Shown here piece by piece: positions 53,852 through 64,000 of a stretch of 64,000 bases of DNA (the stretch's first letter is position 1; the number at the start of each line of letters is the position of its first letter). A program made the position numbers and the translations under genes. The stretch is from Chrysomallon squamiferum (lineage: Eukaryota; Animalia; Mollusca), in assembly GCA_012295275.1 (NCBI GenBank), contig CM022669.1, forward strand, positions 4,464,001 through 4,528,000. The letters run 5' to 3'. The notes under the pieces were generated by a model. That model was not told the DNA's origin and ran no database searches. It was given only the letters and a program-made list of their open reading frames with translations.

Positions 53852-54848
53852 GTTTATTTTTTAATTCTGATGAAGATCTAAAAATATAAGCTAAATTATT
53901 ATCATTTTAAACTGTTATCATTTAATGAAGATTTAACTGCTACTAAATATGCCACATTCAATTTCATTACCATGGTGATATTTGAACAGAAAATTAGAAG
54001 AAAAAAAAAATGAGAAAAAAATGTTGATAATGTTTACATATAAAAATCATCAAGATAAATGACAACCAGACAGAGTTACTCAATCATTTTTATCTTCCTT
54101 AGCCAGACTTCAACACCTGTCTCAGCAGCAGCCTATAAGTGTAACAAGTTCCAAACAACGATTCAATCACGGATTTAAAATGGGATTTAAGAGATAAATA
54201 TCTTAGAGCAGAACATCTACACATGAACAGTTAAATTGTACATTGTACAGGTTTCATCAATAAAACAAAAATTAATAAGAGAATATATATATATATTAAG
54301 TAAGTGAAGAAAATAATAACAATAACAATAATAATAATAATACAGCAATAATAATAATAATAATGATGATGATGATAAATACATTTTTAAATTTAAATAT
54401 TTAGAAAAAAAAATATATAAAAAATAAATCAAATGCATGTTGAAATCAATCTCATTTCACATTATCTCAAATGTATTCTAAGAACCTGGAAACTTTTTTC
54501 TGGCAGATTTGTCAGGTGTAATTCAGTGAAATCTTGTATTTCTTCTTCTTTCTCTGTTTTTCTCTACACCTTGACTAATCAGTCAGTGACATCCCTCCCC
54601 CTCCCCAACCCACACCTCATTTCTGTTTGAGAACAAATTAATTATAATAAAATTCAAAAAGTGGAATTTTTAAAAAATTTTTTTTTACTGAATTCTCCAT
54701 GTATGTTTGTCATAATGATTGACTCAACCTGTGAAATCTGCATGAGGTCAAATGAGGTGTATTGAGGTCAAAGAAAATGATGCAGTGGGTCACATTAATT
54801 TAGTTTTTTATTATCTTGTGTGACCCATTTCAACAAAAGGCACACAGA

Positions 54849-55346
54849 GGCTGGGAGGAGTATTTGGGTGGGAGGAGTATTTGGGTGGGGGAGGAGCATT
54901 TGGGTATTTGGCTGGGAGGGCATTTGGCTGGGGAGGAGCATTTGGGTGGGGAGGAGCATTTGGCTGGGAGGAGTATTTGGGGGGGAGGAGTATTTGGCTG
55001 GGAGGAGCATTTGGCTGGGAGGAGTATTTGGGTGGGGGAGGAGCATTTGGCTGGGAGGAGTATTTGGGTGGGAGGAGTATTTGGCTGGGAGGAGTATTTG
55101 GGTGGGAGAAGTATTTGGCTGGGAGGAGTATTTGGGTGGGAGGAGTATTTGGCTGGGGGAGGAGTATTTGGGTGGGGGAGGAGCATTTGGGTGGGAGAAG
55201 AATTTGGCTGGGAGGAATTTGGGTGGGAGGGGGGTGGGAGGAGTATTTTGGGTGGGAGGGTATTTGTATTTGGCTGGGGAGGGTATTTGGCTGGGGAGAG
55301 TATTTGGCTGGGGAGTATTTGGGTGGGAGGAGTATTTGGGTGGGAG
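54849..55346 (+). repeat. G-rich ~17-bp minisatellite (tatttggstgggaggag), ~29 copies
   Basis: Direct observation; source of all six G/W/E- and P-rich ORFs at 54795-55474. Confidence 0.95.
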
Positions 55347-55426
55347 AGCTGCTGTGGTATGTGTTTTGCTTGTCGTGTTTTTTTTTCATTATTATTTTGC
55401 TTTATTTTATGATTTTGTTTAAATTT

Positions 55427-55465
<39 letters not shown>

Positions 55466-56369
55466 TTTTTGTAGCTTTTTTTTCTTCAAATATTTAGTTA
55501 CACAGAAAATGTACAGTATTAAATGTTAAGTATCACTCATTTATTTGATCATCAAAAATATGTTTACGGCTCTTTAAACTTGTCACAACATTTATTTTTA
55601 TTTCTATTTTGTAAAACACCTTTACATCAATTTTAAGCACTGAGTCAAGTGTTGAAGAGGTTAACAGCAGAACACAAATCAGACTGACAATAAGACAGAA
55701 ATAAAACAAACACAGAATTTTGTGAGCAGAGTAAATGTTTATGTTATCTGCACCATAAACACAAGTCATTCACAGATTTTTAACTCCTTGAAATGCACCG
55801 TCAACCTGCTTATTTTAACTTTATAAGAAAAAGCAACAACCATAAAACAAAGAACCATCATAAATAAAAAAACAGCAGATTTCTTTCTTCCACATCTACA
55901 CTTAAGTTGACAGTGACATAAGATAGCCATTACCATTTCTTTTTTATTTCTTCTTATCCTTTTTCTTTTCTTTTTTTTCTAATTTTTTTTTTTTTTTTTT
56001 TTGGAGAGAACCACAACTTTACCATAAAGGCCATATTGAAAATAAATTAAAAATGAGTATGAATTGATTTTTGTTGTTATTATTATTAAATTTATTTTTA
56101 ATTTAATTTTGTATTTATTATTATTATTTTGAAAGACACAAAGTTCAGCTAATGAACTAACAACCCAGAATGCACTGAACTTCTTACTTTGTAGGGTTGG
56201 CTCACATGCATTAACTAAATCAGTGGTGTAAATCAAATTATGACCAGTCTACTGACAATATTTTATTTCAACAGTTGGCTGGATAATGGATTCTGAAGAT
56301 AAATCACTGATAAGAAAAAAAAAAAAAAAAAAAAAAAAATCATTTCTGATCCTTAGTTGAATGTCATAG

Positions 56370-56407
<38 letters not shown>

Positions 56408-56837
56408 GAAAAAGAAAACAACAACAACAAAACAACCAAATCAGACAGAAACATAATTACAGCACACATTAGTATTTCCATTTACAAAATCTTTATAAAT
56501 AAAAAATGTCTTCCATCTTTTCTAATAAAAAAAATATAACAAAGTGACCCCAAACCCATGTTTTTTGTTTGTTTGTTTGTTTGGTTGTTGTTTTTTTTAT
56601 TTGTTTTTTAAATAGTAATAAAAAAAATATTTTAACAAAATTAATTTTCTCATTTTTTTAAATTAATCTTCCTGGTTTGTTCTTTTTTAAATTCAAAAAA
56701 ATATATTTTGGGTTAAAACCTAATTTTCTAAATCTTTCTCACATGTTCATGTTTTTTGGTAAATCCCCCAATATAAAGTAATAAAATGTTTTTCTGCTTT
56801 ACTTTTTAAAAAATTTAATTATAGTTCCATGATAGAT

Positions 56838-56910
56838 ATCAACATAACACATTACCACATACCAGCATAACACATTACCACATATCAACATAACACATTA
56901 CAACATATCA
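56838..56910. repeat. 23-bp tandem repeat x3 (atcaacataacacattaccacat)
   Basis: Direct observation. Confidence 0.85.
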
Positions 56911-58719
56911 AATCTTCATCTCAACTGGACATATCTCATACTAAAATGTTGACAAAACATTAATTAAAGATTCATTTAAATTCAAGCAATGACACTGTAT
57001 TCAAGCAGTTTGCTAATACATAATAATAACTGTCAAAATTAAAACACCTTCACATCATTAAAAACAAATTTTCATTTACTCATCCCAGTCTAAGACCAAG
57101 TGAAAATGGACACATGGTCCTGCTTGAACTATAACTGTAGTGAACACTGGTGTGAATCTGTTTGAATAGTAACTATAGTGCACGCTGGTGTCTAGACACT
57201 GTATTTTAACTGTCGATAATTTGTTAAAACCTGTTCCTATCTCATGTCAATTTATTTTTTATTTTTTTTAGGACACGTAAAAGAAAGAAAAAAGAAAGAA
57301 CGAAACTGGATAAATTTATTGGTAAATCGAATTTGGAGCCAACATGTTGTTTAAACAGTGATTGCGTGAAAGAGATCACCAGTGCTTTTTTCTTAATCCC
57401 AACAACGCTGAAATAAATCAGTCTCTACTGAGACGCAAATCCTTGTGAACTGACAGTATTTTGATAAGAAATGCAACAACCTTTGATCAGATAATACCTG
57501 GGTTAAAGGATCAGGTTAATAACAGAGAGAATGCCCTGAAAATAAATCTTTGAAATAATAACAATATCATCACAAATCAGACTGTTGAGAAAGGTATCTA
57601 GTATTTACATTTGGATCGGCAAAAGATTTAACAACATGTATATATTTAGGACCACAGAAATATTTTTACTCAAGTTTCTTTGTTAATAGTTTTTATTTCA
57701 GTTATCATTAATCCTTAAAGTATATGTATATAAAATATGGGATTATACAGATTGTAATGAAAAATAATTAAGAATGATTAAAAAAAAACAAAAATGAAGA
57801 CGAAAAAGGAATGGAAACAAGCAGATACATAGAAACACCATAAACTTGAAGACATATACACAGCCCATACTGAGACACATTTATACATTTACAGCAAATA
57901 CTTAGACATATGTATATATATACAGTATATACTTGGATACATGCATACATACAGTGCATACAAAGTACATATATGGATTACATACACAGACATATACATA
58001 TATGCAGTAAATATATTTACACACTCAAACACATAAGCAGTGTACACACACACACACACAGACATACAAAATGCATAGATACATTTACACATATACAATT
58101 AATACCGTCAACAAAATATCAATTGATATTGTTTTCAAACTTGAATTTAAATAATTAAAATTCATTTTTAACAATATTAACATTAAATGTTACCAGATAT
58201 GTTAGTTTGTTAACATGTTAGTGATAATGTCTCTCAGTATTTCATCAACATCCCTAAAATCAAAATAATGAATGACAGAGTATCTGTGCAAACTTGTGTA
58301 CATTTTAATATCAAATAAATGAGTTAGAAAATTTATATTATAAACTGACACCTTGTTAGATTATTTTCATTCCATGTTTTCATCTCTAAAAGTCAAAAAG
58401 TCTATTTTAAAATTCATCCCATGTTATTTTGGTATAATGTTTTTGCAGCTTTTCATCACAAATGATAAAGAACATTTGCTTAACAAAGAACTCAGAAAAG
58501 TCTATATTAAAAGTTATTTACAAATTATATGTTATATTTTACATATGAAGATATCAAATCTTTGAGATATTAAGATACTATGGGTCATTCAAGTGATATT
58601 TTAAATGTACTTTACTACAGAGAAGGAAACACATGCCACTGACATTTCATAAACCAAGAACAAAAGCTGGAATTGGAAATCATGTAATATTTTCATTTAC
58701 AATAACTATTTGATGAACA

Positions 58720-58982
58720 AGGGCTGGATTGGGAAATAATCACTATGGATACCACCATTGAGAATTGATCACATGAGCTACAACATCGCAGACACTTTGC
58801 TATTAAACTACAACTACTGAGAATGTCATATGGAAACATTTGCTTTCGAACCAGGGCTGGATTGGAAAATAATCACTATGGATACCACCATTGAGAATTG
58901 ATCACATGAGCTACAACATCGCAGACACTTTGCTATTAAACTACAACTACTGAGAATGTCATATGGAAACGTTTGCTTTCGA
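58720..58982. repeat. Near-perfect tandem duplication, period 133 bp
   Basis: 58720-58849 and 58853-58982 differ at about two positions. Confidence 0.95.
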
Positions 58983-60290
58983 CGAAAATAAGTTAACTGA
59001 CAATTAATGTCTTGTTTGATAGATCCAAGATTTAACATCTTTATGGCTGACATAAATTCAAAGATGAAATGATCTTCATTACTAACACAATGCTTTAATC
59101 AGTTAAACTCAAAAGTACTGGGTGAGAGATTGTTAGTATATCCATACTTTTTGATATGCTCATAAAATCTTTATTATGTTGATATTTAAAGTTTAAAAAA
59201 AAAAAAAAAATTGTTTCCAGAACAGAATCAGAGTGATGAAGATTTTCATAAACTTCTTCATCTTCTGTAAATGTTTTTTTTTAAACATCCAATATGAATT
59301 CTCTTTTTTTCAGTGTAAAAAAAAAAAAATTTCCTTTTGGGAAATCACCAAAAGTTTTCTTTTTACTTTAGATTTATTTTTATTTATTTATTTATTTATG
59401 TATTTTTTATTTATTTTTTTTTTTTTTTTATTTTTTTTGGTATCTGCTTTAAGACTGATTACTTGGTTTTTTAGGGGGGGGGTATAATTATTTTTTTTAA
59501 CTTGGTGAAAAACAAGCAATTTAAAGATGTTTTTCCTTTTAGATATTTACTTATTTTTTACATTTTTTTTTTTTTTTTTTTTTTTGTTGTTTTTTTTTTT
59601 TTAGTTTTTTTTTTCCTTTTTGAGTTAACTTTGTTATTCTTGTTTTCACTTTGGGGTTATCTCCCCATCAGGGAATTTCATTATACTTTAATGATAACAG
59701 TAATAATGGTACACCAACAACAACAACAACAACAACAACAACTGTAGTTATTGTCATGATGTATGGGGATTCAGTAATTACCAGACTACAATTTTCTTTT
59801 ACTTTACAAATCCTAGAAGATTTTTTTTTCTTTCAGTAAATTAAATGGATCAATGGTTGATAAATGTGCCAAAGTCATCAGGACAAGTTGTTGTCAAGGT
59901 GATTAATCTGAGTTCAAGGTAATAAATGTGACACTGTACAAAGTAACAAACTGTTTGTATCTGAATGCTTTTAGTTAAATATCCCTGAAGTGATTATATA
60001 ATTTTTTTAAAAATTAAAAATTTGCTAGAAAATTGAAATAAAATAAGAATAAATCAAGGAAAGGAAAAAAAGGAAATAAGAAATGAAAAATTAAAAAAAA
60101 AAAGAAAAAAAGAAATGAGGAAATAAAGAATGAAAAGAAAAAATTAAAGAAGAAATAAAGAAAACAAAGACAAAAGAAAAGGATGTAAAAAAAAAAGGAA
60201 ACTAGAAAGAAAGAAAGACTAAAATAAATACTAGTAGCTTTCTTATATTTATAAGTATCTGATAATTAAGTACTCTCTCTCTCTCTCTCT

Positions 60291-60423
<133 letters not shown>

Positions 60424-61395
60424 TTATCTCTCTCTCTGCTAGTTTTCAAAGGATTGTTTTGTAACACTGTTGCCAACATTATCACATTTAGTGAATATTT
60501 ATGTCAAATATCTACTGATGATTTATTTTTGACTTTAATGGTCAGTTAGTCCCTGGAAATGGAAAAAAATTATAAATTCAAATGAACAAATGAATGAACA
60601 AACGAAAAAATAATTACATTTTTTTTAGTTTGCCCTAAATGAAAATTAAAACCTTCCATAAAACCTCAAGCTCTGCAGCCATCAAAATGACACAACAAAA
60701 TAACAGTATCTCAAGTATATATTTTTTGTTTGTTCTGTACATAAGACTTGAAACCTGTTACAAAATTGATCTCCACACAGCAATAAACCTACAAGAAATG
60801 GAAGCAGACGCTAATCCCCACTCTGGGTCTCACACCACACATTTTTAAATGCCAAACATCTACTAATCCATCCACTACTCTCAGGTGACACTTCGGACAA
60901 TGCTAGGAAAGTTTCTCTCATCCACTGATATTAAAGCAAAACATCGGTGAAAACCAAGGCTATATCCCTCCCAGGATTCACATACAACGTCTTGGCCAAT
61001 GCTTCCAGACCATTTAACTACTGAGTATAATAACATTCATATTGAAGACAATCATTTATCAACAAGAGTTGAAGTGCAGTAGAGTGCATAATGCTCAGAA
61101 ACTGTAATTCATCAACAAGTGTTTTAAGTACAATAAAGTGTACAAGGCCAAGGAAGCTATCAGTTATGCACAAGAGTTTAAGTATGATATCTAGAGCAAT
61201 GTTTGAAAACTGTCATTTGTATCACACAGTTCAGTGGGCAAATAAGGAAAAGCATTATTTTTATCTTCCAGGGTTCAAGTATAATATCGTGGGCAATGCT
61301 TGGAAACATTCAGTTATGTCAAGACCAAGAATATTTTATTTTTCCTGAAGGTATCTTTTACCTTCCACAGTTCAAGAATACTGTCACAAGCAATG

Positions 61396-61431
<36 letters not shown>

Positions 61432-61798
61432 GTATTTCTTATTTCTATGTTAATTACTGAAAACAAATAGTTTGTCTCAAAGAACAAGGTTAGCATGTTG
61501 GACAATACTGAAATAAAAGAGAAAACTTATGGTGTGTGCCCCAGGCTCAAGCATAACATCAGTGTGGAATAACAGACTAAAGCCAGAGTACATGTCAGAG
61601 AGAAAATAATGGCTGTTTTAATTACTGATATAAATCTCAGATTACCAGCCTTTGTGATGTGTAAGTAAAAATCTCTACTTCACCCAGTTTCTTGACCAAC
61701 TTTCTTGTACATAAGAGGGCAATGAACTTTTTCAAAAATTTAAAGATGCCTTATCCCTTTTTTTTAATCAGATTATTATTATTATTATTATTATTATA

Positions 61799-61871
<73 letters not shown>

Positions 61872-64000
61872 TTCATTCATTCATTCATTCATTATTCTTC
61901 TGTCTAAATTCTCTTAAATTTTTTTGCCCTTATTTTTAGATATAATTCTTAATCCACTTAAATGCAGTAATGATATTATTAACTAATGGAAGACATATTT
62001 GTTTATGGTTATCTGCTAGAAATGCTTTCATGTTTATGAAGGCGACAGATGTTTATGAAATAGTGGATGCTATAAATTAGGTTCGTATATACATAAAAAC
62101 ATTTTTTTATTTTTTATTTCTTTATTTTTTTTTTTTATTGAAAACCAATGTTTACAGTTTTTCTTTCTTACTGAATCAATATTGTGTCTTATAGTTTTAA
62201 GTCAACTTTTAATTTATTATTTTTGTTTTGGATTGCTCAGCTAATACAAATATCATTATAGACATTTATCATGCTGTCCATTATTGTAAATTGTATTGTA
62301 TTGCACAATATTGCAAAGTAAATAATAAAAAAATAATAATGACTTTAATAAATATTTTTCTTTGTTTATTACTGTTGTTATTTTGCAGTAAAGTATTGTA
62401 TAATACAATTATTATTTTATTTATATATCTATTATTACTGGTAAAATAATAATAATAATAATAATAATTCTTTATAAATATTATTTCAGTAAGTGAAGAA
62501 CATAGTAATTCTTAGAATTTTGTCTGCTAATATTCGCTATCTTTAATTTAATGAAATCCTTCAAATTGTGGTCCTCGAAAAACTGAGATAAAGAAAGAAT
62601 AAAGACATCTTTTGAAAATGTATAATTTTCTTTGGAAAAAGAGTAAATTACAGAGTTATTTGTCATGATTTTGTAGTTTCTAGGTTAAAAAAACAACAAC
62701 AAAAATCCCCCACAAAACCCCCCACCATTTTAGTTCCAGGTTTATGAACACAACTGTTTAATTTGACTTTGAAAAAAGACAGGAAGAAAAAAAACTATTA
62801 AAAAAAATTAAAAAAAAATAAAAAGAAAAAAAATTTATTAATGAAAGAAAGCAAAGGAGATTTTTAAAAGGGGTGAAAAAAATGTCATTTACACACAAAC
62901 AAGAAAAACAAAATGAAGAAGAAGGAATTAAAGGAAGGGTCAGTGGAATTTTTAAAACCTGACAAAAAAAACGCTAATGTCATGCAAAAGCTTTTCCTAG
63001 TCAGTAATCTAATCTAATGAGGGAGCAGGAAAAGAAAATTAAATGTTGTTGTTTGAAAGAGAAGAAAAATGAAAACTCTTTGTTACTTTCAGCTCTTGAC
63101 ATCTCAACTTTCACTGGCCTCAAGCAACCATTAACTTCCACAACACCCAAAAAAACAGAGTTACTGATTATTAAAAGATATTATTTTCATTTAAATCTCA
63201 GAACACTGAGATTTTTCAAGTTATCAGATGTGAATGGATTAGCATTGTCGCCTTTATGTCCAAAAACATGGAAATGAAAAAACAAAAACAAACCTCAGCA
63301 AACTCCAAAAAGTTTTTGCCGTTAAAGAACATTTTGATAGAAACTCATCACATTATTAACATTTCAAACAGAAATGTGGGTGAGTGAACTGGATTCCAGT
63401 AAGTGTGCTGTAACACGCTATCTGAAAAAAAAACTACTATTGGCTTTTTTGAGACTTTTTAAAAAATACCTCTGCACATTATTAATTATATTATTTAAAA
63501 AAATAGATAGGGGTGGATATACTAGGATCTCAATTTCTGAATTTTTTAACAGCACTCAATCTCTCTATTATATTACATTATGTTATATAGTTTTGTATTG
63601 TATTGCTTTGTATTGCATTATTGTAGTGTAGTGTTATTTGATATATTATCTTCTATTATCTTCTATTGTATTGTATTATTTTCTATTATACTGTATTCTA
63701 TTGTGATAAATGGCAATTGACATAGGTGTCACAGTTGCCATCAAACTCTTTAACACAGTTTGTTAAAAACAAAAAATTATTTTTAATAACATCCCTGCCA
63801 TACTATTACCATGCACTGAAATTATAGAGATGGAGTAATGACACTAGTTTATCTATGAATAAAGTTCAATACCATGTTATTCGGGGAAAACCCACACAAA
63901 AGCCCACCTGCTGCTCAATGTTAAAATACATTTTAATATCATACAATCACATTATCAGTGTATCTTCAAGGAAATAGGTGACAGTGAGAAAATGATCATC

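Noticed and set aside
54795-55474. Six overlapping ~200-aa G/W/E- or P-rich ORFs resembling structural proteins
   Set aside because: Open in all frames on both strands because of a 17-bp minisatellite; the period is not a multiple of 3.
57498-57535. AG/GT-bounded minus-strand segment as a missing FOCAD exon
   Set aside because: Stop codons in all three frames.
60755-60788. Small AG/GT-bounded segment (LLLCGDQFCN) as an upstream FOCAD exon
   Set aside because: No resemblance to the FOCAD N-terminus as I recall it, and weak donor gtttca.

Overview
AT-rich, microsatellite-dense eukaryotic (animal; probably lophotrochozoan/molluscan, by inference) genomic DNA with spliceosomal introns; almost all long ORFs in the supplied track are simple-repeat artefacts. 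Two convergent genes were reconstructed by hand from GT-AG junctions and reading phase: (1) a complete 6-exon PSMD9/Nas2 gene (26S proteasome assembly chaperone p27, 200 aa) on + at 1286-4675; (2) 33 coding exons of a focadhesin (FOCAD/KIAA1797) gene on - from 46767 down to the stop at 6072 (~1670 codons; the N-terminal ~130 aa must lie beyond the window end). Introns hold several non-autonomous DNA transposons (Tigger/pogo-like, hAT-like, other TIR MITEs), minisatellites and SSRs. Most notable: a 1-nt frameshift in one FOCAD exon; three local tandem duplications that copy FOCAD splice junctions (one a 7-copy 78-bp array of decoy acceptors ending in an in-frame stop); a doubly folded-back Tigger-like element; and a ~158-bp inverted repeat bracketing PSMD9 exons 2-6. 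I found no convincing wholly new multi-gene system. Orthologue comparisons are from memory, not from a database search.
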